A stretch of 63,652 bases of DNA, counting the filler, from Choristocarpus tenellus KU-1152 (taxonomy: Eukaryota > Protista > Phaeophyceae), in NCBI GenBank assembly GCA_964200185.2. It is 11 parts of 11 records of this genome, joined end to end, with 100 filler letters (N's around TTAATTAATTAA, not from the genome) between each part and the next. Parts side by side here need not be neighbours in the genome. Positions count along the whole stretch, not along the records: positions 1 to 2,826 come from CAXNAD020024411.1; positions 2,927 to 16,949 come from CAXNAD020001298.1; 9 more parts are not named here. The stretch is one strand, 5' to 3'. Made by a program: the position numbers and the translations under genes. Each line of letters opens with the position of its first letter. Position 1 is the first letter of the stretch. The notes below the pieces were generated by a model, which worked only from the letters and a program-made list of their open reading frames with translations, had not been told where the DNA came from and did no database searches. Of the stretch, positions 1 through 14,300 are shown in pieces.

Positions 1-502
1 GCTAATAACGACATGTATATATATAGTTTTCATTGGTTTCCCCCGACACATCTGCAAAATGTCAGAGGGCATAATATATTAAATAATAAAATATAGTTGA
101 TGGATTATGTTCATCGGTAGATCATTCATTCTTTATGAGAATTCTGGTCCCAACGTCCAACAAATTCACTATCATACTATGTATGTATGTTAATGTACAC
201 TACGTTACATAACCAATATTTCTCTTGTAAAATGTATGTACTGTAGGGGTATTATTTTAATGCATACTTTGTACCAGCTCCAGAACACATACCGTATTGG
301 CTGACATGCCTTAAGTGGATTTTCTTGAAAAAAAAATAATGGGTAAGACCTCTCAAGAGAGCAGTACTTTATGAACAAACGTGTTCCACAACCTTAAAGA
401 CTCATATAATAAAATGTTTTGTATGTGCACAGAGAAAACTTTTGGTGGCTCACAGAACAGGAGCAACTGTACAACTGTGAGTGAAGAGAACTAGTATGTC
501 TC

Positions 503-2310
503 TATAGTGTACCAGTAGCTTCGTCAACTGGGGTTGTCCCGTCATAACTTTTCATGTAGATATTGGAATAAAAAATGAAAGCATATTCGTGAGCCCCTCA
601 CAAATGCCCTCCAGAGTCCTGTGTGTTCGCGCACCCACTCTTTGACCTCGCCAAGGATGTCCTCATCGAGGTCCAGGACGAAACGCCTCTTATAGCACCC
701 TTGCTCTAACACCTTGATGTGGCCCTTAGTTAGGAAGTCTCTCTCCCATATACTCACAGTTTCCGACATGACCATCGCGTATCCTGCTGCCATCTCGAGC
801 GCCGTTTGACGGTCTTTCCCGCCGTTCATACACAGGTACAGGATTCGCAGTGTTTGAGCATTAACTAGCACATTTCCTTGTTGAGCGCCGGAAATGGGCG
901 TTGTCCGTGTTTCCTGGACGGGTGATATTTTATCATCAAGGCGCAAGGGCGAGGGAGGACAGGCTTGAGTCGATAGGAAATTGTGTTGATTTCTCGAATG
1001 AATGTAGGCTGGGAGAAACCTTAATCAACTTTATACATCCAACCCCAAGTCCAGGAACAAAATTGAATGTACGGCATCTTACACGGCATCTTCCAAGAAG
1101 TGGGAGACACCAAACTATTGGTGTGCAAATAGTCTCAATCTCACCCCCTCTTCTTCCCTGGCGTCCTTGTCGATGGCTATCTCCACCTGCTTCGTGACCT
1201 CTTCAAAGTAAAGGATTTGGTGGTATCGAAAGGTCTCTATAGCTGCCTTTGTTACGATCACTTTCTCCTCCGCCTTGCGAGCCCTTTCGACCTTCTTTCG
1301 GACTTCAGATCCCTTGTAGCCCAGCCCCAACAGCTTCTTCCTCGTTTCCTTAAGCCACTCTGGCTCACACGACTTCCAAACAGCTAGGGCCTGCTGCGAC
1401 TGTTGACTACTAAGATATTCTAGACCCGGTTTTCGCTTAGACGTTTCCTGAGTGCAATGGCACGCAGTCGCACTTCTCTCTTCCTTGATCTTCCCTTCGG
1501 GCGGCCACCCTTGTTCTCCCTTCGCCTGCCGTGACCAGGCTTCCCCATAGACTTCGTCACTGTACCACCTGGTGATGATGGACTCGCCACTCTCTTCCTG
1601 CTTTCCCGAGGTGGCAGATACTACAGAACAGTGCTCCGACGAGGTTGAAGATCCAACCACGTTTGTGTGGTAGTGCTTTCAATGCATCTTCTCTCAGTGT
1701 CAGCATCGCGGCCCCTTGATACATTTCGTGATTTGATTGTGCTCCTGCACCACAGTACACACACTTTGTCATCGCCCAACTTCGCACTGAGTGTCACACG
1801 ATACTTGCTCTTCCGCCACCTCTCGACAGAGAAGGTACCGAGGGTAGATCGAGGGGGAAGAGTGGCCTGGGCGGCTCTCCTTATCTCACCATCGTGGTTC
1901 ATGTTGGTGTATAAGTCACGCGTGAGTGTGTTCACAAAAAGTCTGGAAAAGGCGTTAAACGATGTCCGGAAATTTGAGTTTTTTTTTCTGGTTTTCCACA
2001 CCCGGCAAACTTGAGCAGCGACGTACTCTGGACCAGGTTTTTGCAAGGAGTTCAGTCAACCACTCATTTTTGTCCGTTTTTTAGTCGTGACCTTCAAAAT
2101 TGCGCCCGAGATATTCCCCCATGTGTTTCCCATTCATTCTTTGATCGGGACAGAGCCCCCGTTCCCTAAAGCCTGGACATTCGTGGATACAAACCTTCAA
2201 AAGCTCTAGTCATATCCTTTCTTTGATATATATATTGTTGTATAACGATTGTGGTAACCCAGTGAAAAAAACTACGATTGTCACAGAGCGAAGCTACTGG
2301 TACCACCTTA
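503..2310 (-). mobile_element. Non-autonomous TIR DNA transposon (probably IS630/Tc1/mariner-like), about 1.8 kb, with decayed coding remnant
   Basis: Perfect 15-bp inverted repeat GTACCAGTAGCTTCG (509-523) / CGAAGCTACTGGTAC (2289-2303), each a few nt inside a TA. The right about 340 bp recurs at 20296-20629 and similarity stops right after CCTTA. It encloses interrupted minus-strand ORFs. The superfamily call is inference. Confidence 0.7.
542..1787 (-). pseudogene. Disrupted transposase-like ORF (N-terminal CxxC...CxxC, then HTH-like region; no DDE domain visible)
   Basis: ORF pieces 1557-1787 (CVYCG...FCSICH), 1115-1660 and 542-946 (ETVSIWERDFLTKGHIKVLEQGCYKRRFVLDLDEDILGEVKEWVREH) are collinear, separated by stops and frameshifts, and lie inside the TIRs. 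Confidence 0.5.
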
Positions 2311-2826
2311 TGCATTACAGGTCTTGAAGAAGCACTCAAGGCTCCATTATGGTCTTGTACGGTAATGTGCGGACCCGATCTAATCCACTCTCTCAAGCCT
2401 TCACCTCCAAATCAGGAAAATATGGCAAAACTTAACAAAAGAAGGCGAAGGAAGGCTCGTCCCTACACCGCCATCACCATCACCTCCTTTTTTTGTTTGT
2501 CATGATCTCTATGGCATTTGGGCACATGTAGGCTGGGACACAATCCTTTGACTTCATACCCTTGACGCCCCTCTGAGGTTTCTTGTTTTCTATATCTGGA
2601 AGAGAGGTCTTGCGTGGGAGCAACTTGTAAACAACTCTGTCTCATCAACGTTGTAGATGTGACTCCGGGGGAATTTATCACAGGTAGGTGGCCTTCACCT
2701 TCTGTGGGCACTCCCTTGAATTGTCGCTTCTTCATCATCAGCACTGCCAGCCTCTCATTTAAAGTGCCCACAGAATCAGTTAGTTGGAAGAAAAACGTAA
2801 CAAAAATTGCAGGAGTTAGTGCCTTT

Positions 2827-2926
2827 NNNNNNNNNNNNNNNNNNNNNNNNNNNNNNNNNNNNNNNNNNNNTTAATTAATTAANNNNNNNNNNNNNNNNNN
2901 NNNNNNNNNNNNNNNNNNNNNNNNNN
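2827..2926. other. Artificial contig-joining spacer (N44-TTAATTAATTAA-N44); identical spacers at 16950-17049, 20158-20257, 25172-25271, 30126-30225, 33286-33385, 36751-36850, 48653-48752, 51587-51686, 60682-60781
   Basis: Ten identical 100-nt N blocks, each with a central 12-mer that puts stop codons in all six frames. Confidence 0.97.
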
Positions 2927-2994
2927 CAAAAATCGCGACATGAAAAAATTGACCCCAAATGGACAGCCGCCACCCCCCACAGATACTTTGAGCC
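2927..2994. mobile_element. MITE family B, terminal fragment at contig start
   Basis: CCCCAAATGGACAGCCG...CAGATACTTTGAGCC matches the ends of copies at 11868-12043, 17050-17245 and 18427-18605. Confidence 0.8.
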
Positions 2995-2999
2995 TATAT

Positions 3000-5900
3000 T
3001 TTCCTTTAACAATTCTCTGCATTCACACTTGCTCCAGTAACGAGTACTTTCTCAACCTTTTCGCCCCCAACTCTTGTATTTCTTACTTGCCCTGCTCCCT
3101 CCCCCCCTCACTTTTATCATTTTCTCTACACTCCATACCCTTTCACTCAATAGCCACTTCCACAATCTTCAATAAAAGTTTTCATACCTTGAAGAATTTT
3201 TACCAGCAGCCTGGATGTACTTCTGTTCTCGAAGAGGCCATGCACTGCAACCCTGGCCCCAACTTCTGCTCGCACTGGCATCTCTTCCCAGTATGGACCC
3301 TTTTTCCTCCTATCTTCTCCCCTTCTTATGGGGGTGCTTTGGTCTGGCGACAACTGGCGGGTTCCTGAGACCTCGTCCATTTCAGCTTCTTCAGGATGCC
3401 TCAAGAGATGTCGAGAAATGCCAAGTTCTATCCCACCATCGTCGTAAGTTACCTTTCGGTTGATGCAGGTGAGTTCAGACCAGATGAAATATATATACAT
3501 CAGATGCATTTCTTGGCCTTTGACCTATGTGCTTGTTGGGCTGCATTGGGTCATATGGATCCATTGATGAAATCTCAGAAATAATTTTGTGGGGATGAAA
3601 AGTGTTTGCTTGCATTTTCACCCTTAGCAGCTGAAGTTACACCTGTCCCAAACATTCTAAGGTAGTACACTTCTCTGCAACGAAGTGCTTGAAAGGGAAA
3701 CCATTTTTCGAGGGGGTTTAGGATCAACGCACCAAGTGTTTATGTCACTGCCACAAGGCATTGCGTCATACCTCCACTAGTGGATCTTGGTTCAATCCTG
3801 TGCCCAGCCCAAGGGAATCTGGTAGAGTTCCCAGCTGCGCAAGGGGCAGCCCAAGCTTTGATGGGTCAAATACTGCAGTCACATGTCCCATCCGCCAACG
3901 GGGTTGTATTCCTGCTTGCCGGACCAGTTCAGGACGAAGAGTACTGAGAGCACGCTTAGCTGCTATCCGTATCCACTCCCTCCCATTCCCATCCTTTACA
4001 TGCCTTTCTTTTCCTGTTTCCCCCTTGTGCCCCCTGTCCACCCTTTCATTTTTTCCTCCAGATCTCCCGATCCCTCCTGTTTGGTTGATCAGCAAGGTTT
4101 CAAGGGAGTCCAGATTCATACCCATACCCCTCTGTTTTGTTCCTATTCCAGCTTGGGACTCAATATCATCCTGAGCAAAGATCCGACTCTTAATCTTGCT
4201 CCACTCTGGCACAACGTGGGGAAGGAGTTCTCCTCCCACATCCCAAACACGTATGTTCTTATCATCCGAACCAGTGAGCAGGTACCTCTACAATGTTTTG
4301 GTATCCCAAGATTAATGTTGGAGGAGGGAAAGGATGAGAGGGTTGTTTTCCGGTCAAAGGCGAGGAGATTGGAACTTCACAAGACTGCATTTCAGGGTGT
4401 TTGACATTGGTTTATTCTGGAGTCACTGGTGGGTGGGCATCTCTTCCAAGTCTCCACAGTTGTTCCTAGGTATGTTGAAGGCCAAAACTTGAGAAACCAC
4501 CTTTCCCAGATTGTGTGTATCTACTCCAAAGTACTGGGAGTTTTGTTGGCATTGAGCAGATTATACTGTATCGTTTGATGAATCAACACTTTGTGGATGA
4601 AGCAATGGCATATTTTTCTCTTTTTATCTCTGTAGCAGTCTCACCATTTGCATCTTCTGCTCCATCTCTCTCCTATTTAGTTCTTCTCTCAACCCATCTA
4701 TACCTCTCTTAATAACCTTAAGGTAAATATTCCATTTTCTGCTACTAGAGTGTCCTCCACCGTTTTCATATTTTTGAGGGCACTCCATTCTTCTAATGTA
4801 GCTGAATTGCTACATCTACATCAACCCTTCCCATCATTGGACTTGTGTCAAAGTATACAGTGTTTTTTTATTTCTTAAAAGAATCCAATCCTCTATCCTA
4901 CTATATCAACTTATTCTTCACCTGACAGAGCACCCAGTGCATGCATATGACACGCAAGGAATGTCCTACGAAAGACGCTATGACCAGGCCTGTCTCTGTG
5001 CAAAATGCCAACACCTGCAGCATTATGGCATGGTAGCACAGGGGTTGAGTATCTTAGATGGATCTCAAAGCCTTTGATGCTTGATATTAATTTGATTCAT
5101 GTGGAACAAAACCTCGCTGTACAATATCTCAACAACCACTAGTTTTCTTAGGAAAGGTATCCTACCTGTGAGTGCCCTCCAACCACACACAGCAGAATTC
5201 CCTCCTCTGCCAGTAGTTCCATGTCTATAACACAGTTTTCAGTGCTCCCACCAACAGCCATAGATGTTGCTAACCTTGACCCGCCCAATGGCTTACCCCC
5301 TGCAGCTCGATTCTCCATTTTCCGCTGATAAAAAAATGGATAGTCACCCCTCTCTCCTGCCACCACCTCAAACAAGCCTTTGTCATCGAATTGGGACGAC
5401 CGTGGGAGTTCTAGGCGGGTCTTTGTGAGTCTGCGGAGTGCATGTGTTTCATGGAATCGTATGCAACGATCTCCAGCAGAGGAATTGACCAGGAGCACCC
5501 CCGACAAAGAACAAGGTAGAAGGATACGGGCTCGTGGGCAGAGAGAGAGTAAATGCCTTGCAAGGTCCTTGGAGACCAACTGTGCATCCGATGGATCTCC
5601 TGTTGTTGGGTAAGGCATGATATGTAAAAGTTTAGAGGTGTTGGGACAACAGCATGCTTAGGAATATGTGTGTGTATGTGATTGTGTTGGGATGGTGACT
5701 GGGTTGAAATGAAAAAATAGTGAAATACACACCGCCCAGTGTAGAGGGGAAGAGATAATGGAGAATCAGAGACATATCCAACAACTTAAAAGCAGCTCTA
5801 TGGGATGGTGGGTCTCTCTTGCCTCCACCACGCTTTTGATAGTGTCCATATGTCTTCATATCTTCCATCTGTTATGAATATCCTAGCCCTCTTGAATACT

Positions 5901-6700
5901 ACCTTCTCCTTTTTTGTTTTTTTCTTGTCCTTGCACTTGACCGTCTTCCTCAGCCATCCTCGTGTTAGGATCTGCTACCACTCCTTCCTTGATCACTGAC
6001 TTACAAGTACACTCTATTTCTTGCCTCTGAAAAATTGTTTTGCATTTGCTGGCAATTTTTGCTCTTCCCACTCCTATGAATACAGACTGTGTTCAAATTT
6101 CATTTAATTGAATTTTTGTCATCACACACTGCTCAACACCTGTCACAAATTCACCCCCAGCACTCAGAGGATACACTTTTATAAACAATATATTTGCCAT
6201 ATTTTTACCCCTGTCAAACTTGTCTGACGACTTGCACTCCCACCCCGTCCTGTATAACCAATTCTCCAAGCCACAAGCAAAAAAACAATGGTGCTGTGCC
6301 TCTGTTCTCTACATCGCTCAAGCTTCAACCTTTTTTCTGACTTTGCCCTTGACACAGTCTCAACTCCAGCCCCTACTCTAGCCTTTTTCAAAGGCACATA
6401 TGCTTCTGACCATATACCTACCGTTCTTGTGACTTTTAGCATCCATTCCTTCCCTCTGCCGCCACTCTACGTGTTTATCCTGTTGTTCAGATCGGCCTTG
6501 TGGGACAGGGTCATGAGTAATTAGCTGCAATGACTGCAAAAACTGGATAGATTCGCCACCTCCAGCCTGGTAGGTACAGAGCTCTCCATCAATGAATAGC
6601 ACATACAGGATCCCCGATATTTTGTCCATAGCGATCTCATACACCTTGAGGTTTTGACCAAGAATTAATAAGTATATATGTTAAGGAGCAATCAGATCTT
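3000..6700 (-). mobile_element. Highly degenerate retroelement-like remnant (possibly non-LTR/LINE)
   Basis: Long stretch of fragmented, stop-riddled minus-strand ORFs with no splice-consistent exons. Only a weak RT-like peptide (LRKLVVVEILY near 5120-5150) is visible. Boundaries are approximate. Confidence 0.3.
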
Positions 6701-7380
6701 GAGCTTATATTTAATTCCAAAGTATACAATAGCGATGCTACCCTTCACAGCAAAGATCAGCCCATGCACTGTTTGATCCTTTTTCACGCGTCAATCCTTC
6801 GATGTACCCTCCCCATGCGTTGTGCCTACCGCTACATCACACCACGCATCCCTACCTGTGTTCTCACATCTCTTTCCTCTGCTTGTTTGTCTGGGAAGGC
6901 TGAAACCCCCAACGACTGGGTCAAAGCTGGCCTTTGGAACAGTTTCTCAGGTGAATGAAAAGATCCAACCTTGTTTGGATTTCCACAAAACAAGAGACTC
7001 TCCACTGAGTCCCACCTAAGACTTCCAGCATGCCCACTACCGCCATCTAGTGCCCTGATGGCGTCACGAAGTGTCATATGTCTTTCCTCCATTTCTACAT
7101 CCTTCAGATTCTTCTTAAACTTATTCCAGTTACTCCTGGATTGTTTTGGGTCAAAGTAATGTACAACTGTCGTGGGCATGCCTAGGAAGCATCTGATGGA
7201 ATGGTCTGCATTTACTGCTGCTGAGAAAGAGGAACATTCTACACCATCTTCCATCAGAAAGTTGTCAATCTTCCCCAGGGCAACATTTCTGTTGCCACTG
7301 TAATCACTGCTCTTCGAGCTGCTAGTCTCCCTTGTTCCACTGTTGTGCTTCAGAGTGGTCAAATATATCCTGTACATTAC

Positions 7381-7482
7381 ATCGGAGTCAGAGTTGAGCA
7401 TAAAGTTAGACTTAAGGAAGGACAGGAGGTCATCGGAGTCAGAGTTGGGCATAAAGTTAGACGTAAGGAAGGACAGGAGGTC
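7381..7482. repeat. 51-bp tandem duplication
   Basis: ATCGGAGTCAGAGTTG(A/G)GCATAAAGTTAGAC(T/G)TAAGGAAGGACAGGAGGTC occurs twice and gives the repeated DLLSFLxSNFMxNSDSD in ORF 6832-7497. Confidence 0.9.
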
Positions 7483-8325
7483 TGAGTCTGGAAGCATGCA
7501 TATTCCATAGTAGTTCGAAGGAGGATCAATTAAGGGGAGTGAGAAGTGAACAGAGGAAATGAAAAATAAGAGAGGAATGCTGACTCCTGATGCCGCATGA
7601 GGGGTAACTTCTGTGTATGCACTTTTTCAATACTTTTTAAAGGACATTTTGAAGAGATGAGGACCAATTAGACTGAGAGGAGGTAACAATGAATGCGGCA
7701 AATATGGCTTTGTTGGCTCTATGGAACAGATATATTGGTTCTGAATATCTCAAGTGTACTTGAGCTCATGCCTGTGTTACAGAGCTGAGTTGAGACCAGC
7801 CCAACTCCCTGACCCTAGAACATCTTCAACAAAACCCAGACTTTTTACAGTCCAAAGTTCACTTCCAGTCTAGATATTTTCATTTTTTTCCTGGGTGTAA
7901 CTTAGTATAGTACTGCGTACAAGCTAATTCCCTAACCTCAACTCAACATTCTTCACTGTAAGAATGTTCAAACATATCTGAACCCTCCAGTCCATATGAT
8001 CTCCCTACTGAATCATAGTAAAGTTGACAAATATTTTCAAAATTTGACTTTTGATACCAAAGGGTATTGGAAATCTTCTTATTGTGGAAAATTTAAAAAC
8101 AATGTAGAAATCAACAATCCCAAGTCAAACTAGAGTTTTAACCTTAGAAATAAAGATTGGAAATCTGGCTTTAGGTGCAAAACGACCAAAACCTTGGTAC
8201 CTCTCTTTTACTTTGTCGCATTCCAACTTCTTTCCCAACTATGCAGCAAATCATGAGTACTCCCAGAGTGCTTGTGTAACAGACCTTGAACAACCTCCTC
8301 TCTCAAAAATCCCCCACATACTAAC

Positions 8326-11300
8326 CTGCGGAGATGCTTGAGGGCAGATAGCCTCCATCCGGCAGCAAAGCCTGAAAGATCGTTAACACTGGGGGCAAGG
8401 TCTTTGGCAACAGCAAGACGGAGGCGAACAAAGTCCCGAAAACTATACAAGCGCAATGAGCGGCCACAAGTCTTCCCCTCATCTGACTTGAATGCATAAA
8501 TAAGGCCATTTATTAGGAATGGAATTAAAAAGTGGGGTCAGAGAAGGTGCCATGAAATACAAAGGAACGGGGTTAAGATGGAAAGGAGAGTGACAAACGC
8601 TGAAATGAAGGGAGAAGAGGGACAGGGGAAGGGGGTAGAAGGAACTTGAGCTGTAGGGAAGATTGAACCTAAGAAAGAGTATGTTGGGGTGAGGCATGGG
8701 AGCAGTTATGAGGGAGTAGGTGTGTATAATGTCATGAGCCGCTGTGAGAAACTGTAGCAATATTTTATAAAGGCCCTTACTGCAACTCGAAGCATGAATT
8801 TTAAACATGTCCCTTTGAGGGGAATATAGACTTGACTTACCCCAAGGACACCACGAACATACACCTCTGGTAGCATTACCCCGTCTAACTCTGCTGAGGC
8901 ACTCCTCAGTGCCAACTCAGTTACACCAGAGCCCCCAGTTCCATGGACCACTGATGAGAATGCCGTCTTGAGGCAGTTCAAATCATCCTTCTCAAGGCCC
9001 TCCTCCACCCCCCAAGGCTGCTCCATCTCGGAATGTTCCTGCTCATCATCCTCAATTGGAACAAATGCACTTACGAACTCTTGCCATTTCAAAAATTTCC
9101 TTTGCTTGTCCTTAGTTCCACTCTTCATCATATTCTCATTTCCATTTCCATTTCCATTCTCAAGATTGATGCCCTTGGTTGGAAAATTGTTGTTATAATC
9201 TGCTCCACTCCGACCATATAGGATAAGACGGATAAACCTCTCCAAATGTTCTTCCTTTCTGCTTTGCACCTCTGTGCCATCTCCCTGTTGCTGATCTTCA
9301 AAAGAATCAAGGGCAGCAGCAAACACAGGTTCTCTTTGCAACACACTAGTCAGGCTTGCCAGAGATACCTATCAAGTTCAAGTTTTTGGGTGGGATATTC
9401 AAATATGATTTGGTGAATGAGAGAAATTTTGATTGAAATGCCTTGAGGGGGGTTGCACAGTTTGGTAATGTTTGGGGCTAATAGTACAAGCATGCACTTT
9501 GTGTCACTTTCTCATCCTAGGAGCTATAAAAAAATACACTATATGCACAGAAGGGGAAAAAAGGCAATTGATTCGTGAATACACACACAAGCCCCTTCTC
9601 ATCTTGGTGTTTCTTGGTGTTCTACTCCCATAGAGTGAAAGTATCGTAGAGGGTTCGAGTTTTGCCCTGTTTGTCCGTTTGGGGCTCGGCTTCCCATGCG
9701 TTTTTTTATGACATTTCCCACTCTGAAATATTTTAGAGTAGGTATCATGTATACATTGTGAAAAGGTGAGTCTGGAACAAGGATATCGACGCTTCCTAAC
9801 AAACAAGATAGCCAAAATTACATTAAAATCGTAACATTGGATCTTAGCCCCCAAACGGACGCAACTCTACCCTTTGAGATACTTTGACTCCATACTTCAT
9901 ACTCCGGAATTAGCGAGAAGAAACAATCTCACCTCTCCCAGTCCCGTGCTATCAAGTCCTATGAAGATCCGACGGAGGTCAGTGAGCCCCAGGCCTTCCC
10001 TTCTCACCACAAGCGTTGATGGTCCACGGACAGTCATCACAAGTCCCAGAGCAGGGAGGCATGCCAACCTGCGGAAATATCCCCTTTCTCGCCCCCCTGG
10101 TGCAAGTAAGGACAACTGTTGACCCCCTGGACCATTGCTCACATCTATTCCTCCAACTGGATCACTGTTACAATGACCCCCCCACACTCCACCTGCCTCC
10201 TCACGAAATACAGGGACTGTAACAAAGGTGAACTTGTCCACTGGCCTGCGCTCAAACTTACGCTGGGCTTCCCGTGCCCTTACCACATCTTCACCCTGAA
10301 GGGTGGCTGTATGCACGATTTTATAAAGAAATTCGAAACGAATGAGTGCCTCCACCTGTTATTGGGAGGGGGGATCGGTTTGGAGAACATGGGGTTGGGT
10401 GGGCTTGATTTGGATATGTAGTGATGGGTGAGTGAGTCTTGCGAGTAAGGTGTCTTATAGGTGGATGAACCACAATTGAAGTTGTAAATATGCTCAGGAG
10501 TTGTTAGATTGTGTGGATTGAGAACACAAGCAAGAGAGTATTGGGAGGGATGGAGTAAGTTGGTGTGAAATGCATTGGAATGGTGGGGTAGGACATGATG
10601 GAGGGTGATTAATGATTGGCTAAGGAGACAGGTTCAATCTGTAAGTGCTGCAGCTACTCTAGGCCATGTTAATAAATTTAGATTGTATATGGTAGCATTT
10701 CGAGTGTCAAGTGAATTGTGAAGGTGGATGTGATCAACCGAAAGTCTAAATCACTATGGGAAAACCTCTGTAATGAGGTCAAGTCCCTGATCCCACCACA
10801 GAAGGATGATATTCACTGTAATTATTAACCTTCACTATGTTGCCATTCACACGCACATGCACATACCTGTCGTTGCTGAAATGCCTTGGCCTCTGCCTTT
10901 CCTGGCCGTATGGCAACGGCCACCACTCCTTCCCTATGAGACCGCATGAGGGGAGTCTCCAGTGTAACACTGGCAGCACCAGTCGCCAATCCCTCCTCCA
11001 TACTGCCTACTTGAGGCGCTGTAATTGCAGAAATGAATTGCATCTCCTCCATCTCCCCAGACCCAACCACTGCCTTCCACCCAACACAGAATACCTGTTC
11101 ACAGAAAAAGAGATGTGGATTATGTTGAGGTCCAGGGATAATTTGAAGGTGCTCTCCATTGGCATTCATGCTTGCAGTGCTTGTTGCCACTGACTACTGT
11201 TTTAGAGTACATAATGGGAGCATTACTCTTACCCTCCAATCCCAAACCCACCAAGTTCAAGCGTTTCTACATCACTGTTATAGAACTCTAGTGACACATT

Positions 11301-14300
11301 GTATATTTACCAACTTCACGGCCAAGTGATTTGTATGATACACAATATGTTGTATCTGTACTATACTGAAAATTGTTCGTTTTTCTTAGCAGATGTAACC
11401 TCAACTCCTCTTTTGGTCGAACACAGAATTAATCCTAAACACCATAATCGCAACCTCCATCCTCATAGACCAATTCCACCTAAAGTCGCATTTTATTCCA
11501 ATCTTCAATGGAGACTAGTCCTCTACAAAAGATTAGGACTCCCACCTGTGGCTGTTCGACATGCAGGAATTTATCCCCAGCGTGTGCCTCTGACACTAGT
11601 CGTGTTGATCCTCCTGGAACACTTGACCCTGTATTGGGCCACTTCCTCCTCCTCCCCCTCTTCTTAGAGCCATTAACAGCAGATGCCTTACTCCTATCCG
11701 TCCCCCCCTCCACCTGCCCTCGGCCAGGCCCTATGGGTCCTCCCAAAAGGGAGGTAATGGTCTGCGATAAACCGAATCAAGGTAGTTCTTCATATGAAGT
11801 TTATTTTCATCGACAAAGCAATGGTTCTACAGCTGTATGGTAATGCCATGATGCTGGAGGAATAAGTGGCTTAAAGTATATGGGGGGGGTGGCAGCTGTC
11901 CTTTTGGGATAAATGTTTTCATGTCGCGATTTTTGGGTGATTTGGTTGCGTACTTCGGATGGATAATGTAAATGCACTTTTCCTGATTTTGGGCCAAATG
12001 GACACCCTGGTGTAGACCCCCTCCCCCCCAGATACGTTGGTTCAAGTGGGACATGAAGGCATTGCTTTAATCCTCTCCAATAAATGTATGAATCCGGTTT
12101 TGCCCTTGCTGACCTATAACAGTACCAGTTAACCAACTCAAACACATCTCTGTCATTGCATACACTGTAGGTTACAGTTAGCTGTAAGTGAGCCTTGTCA
12201 GAGCCTCAAAACGAAATGCTGTCCATTTTTTCTTTTTCACTGCTATATTCCACAACCTTGCTCAAACTTCCAAAACCTCTACAGTGATTACCAACTAAAG
12301 AACTGTATTGTGTAAGAACCCCAATTGTATTCTTGGTGATCTCAATAGCCAAAGATCTGTTACCCAATGAATATACATTAGAGTTTACATTAAGTGGAAG
12401 GGCTAATTCTTACAGCGACTTGGTATCCCCGCGTTTGTTCCCCTAGGCAAACCCACTTCTCTTTCAGTGCCACCATGAAATAACTACTGTAGGATACTAT
12501 AGAATCCGTTATTACATTAAATATATGAGCCCCCATAGTCCACATGGGCCTTCCTCCCTTCCAGGAAAAAGATTTTGTGTACTTCAGGTATGCTGATAGG
12601 TATGATCCTGTGCATTCTGGAGAAATTGTTAAGTATGCTAACCCTGTCAGCACTACTTCCTACATTTTCAAGTGCAATATACATGAGTGTTCAAGAAAAA
12701 AATGAGCTAGTTGCATACTGACACTGCCCAAACATGTGAGATCTGTGCTGAGGATGTTTGAGGAGGGGGGGGGGGTAGCCCATATGGTCCAAAGTAGTAT
12801 CCCTAATTTTTTTGAAGGAGAGTTTTGGAGGTGTGACATGCACTACCTGTACCACTGTCATATGATGTAGCTTCAGATCAGTACACCCTCTTGATGCTCT
12901 GTATTCAAAGCAACCAGCTGGTTTTGGGGCATGTATAGTCATCAGCATGTATTTGGGGGTGTTTTGGACCGGCAACTGCGATGTACAAAGATACACTCAA
13001 ATAGTGAATTGCTACTAAGCATAAAAATTAAATTGAAAAGGCTGAAAGTGACTATATTCCTTTCAGTAGAGCAAACCCTCTTTAATATGCCTCCTGAAAA
13101 GAAATAATAATGTAAATCCTTCAGTGTGTGCAAGGCGTTATTCAAACACTGAATATGAACAGTGAGTAATGACCACCTTTGAACATCAAACACATCCACA
13201 AGAAGTAGGCATATACACTATTGGTGTAGGATTTACGTGTAAAATATACACAGTATCACCCTCGCTTGTTATATGCTTTGATTATCATAGTTAGGATACC
13301 TTGCATTGGAAAACCATTGTCGTTTTGCTGTGTGGTCAAAAAGCAGTGCAGAAAATGTATGCTGAACTACATAGCACGTCTTCTTTGAGGGGTGGGTGTA
13401 GAAAACTGACCGTGGTTGCTAACATAATGACATGCATCTGTCCAGGGGGGGACTTCAACAATTTCAATCCTATACAACACTGTAGATGCCCTGGGTAAGA
13501 CAGGGAAAATTGCTATAGGTGCTCCGAGTACCTGAGAGGCTGGTGTGGTGTCAATGCCAGCTTCAGAGGCTAAGTGACCAACCATCGACCTTTCCTGCGC
13601 ACACAACAATTAAAGAGAGATAAGGAAGAGTGTCAAGAGTCCATGCCTACCAGTGTACCTCCTGTTTTGCCCTTAGACGAACTCTCAGGTTGATTATCCG
13701 TTCAGTGGCTGTGTGTGACTATGCACCCAATCGACTGAGCCCTTCATGCCTCTGCCTCTACCACACATGGGAGCACAGGCAAGAACCTATGAAATGTCAA
13801 TGGGCAATGTACATGAAAAATAAACTTGAAAATTCATCACCTATCCGTCTTATTATTCTTGTGTGGATTTACGTTGGAGTGGAAATTTAACAAGTTCCAT
13901 TGCAATCATAAGTATGCTCTCTAGCTGACTACTACTCACCTTTTCACTCATCCGTGCTATTGTGAACGCATCCCTCAACATCAATTTTGTTGCCTCTTTG
14001 TTCTATTGAAGGTGGGATAAGGAGATATTGGGAAAAGGAGAAGTGGAGATGGGTATGGAGAGCAACAGTTGTCTTCATGGATTGGGGTCCTATATTCACA
14101 TCCATTACAATGAAGGCATGGCAATGTAAATATTTTGGACTATTTTTTTTAGTATTAACTTCTTACCCTGTCAAAGAGTATTTGCATGATTTCATAGGTG
14201 TGATAGCACATCATTGGTGTCCAGTCCTGGTATGATTATATGATATTATATTTTGCAACCGGTGGTAAGCTCCTAAAGTTTGAGCATTCCACTCAGGCAT

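Noticed and set aside
6832-7497. 221-aa minus-strand ORF as continuation of the PUB/EF-hand gene
   Set aside because: I found no phase-compatible acceptor linking it to the exon ending at 8326, and no recognisable domain. It may belong to the adjacent decayed element.
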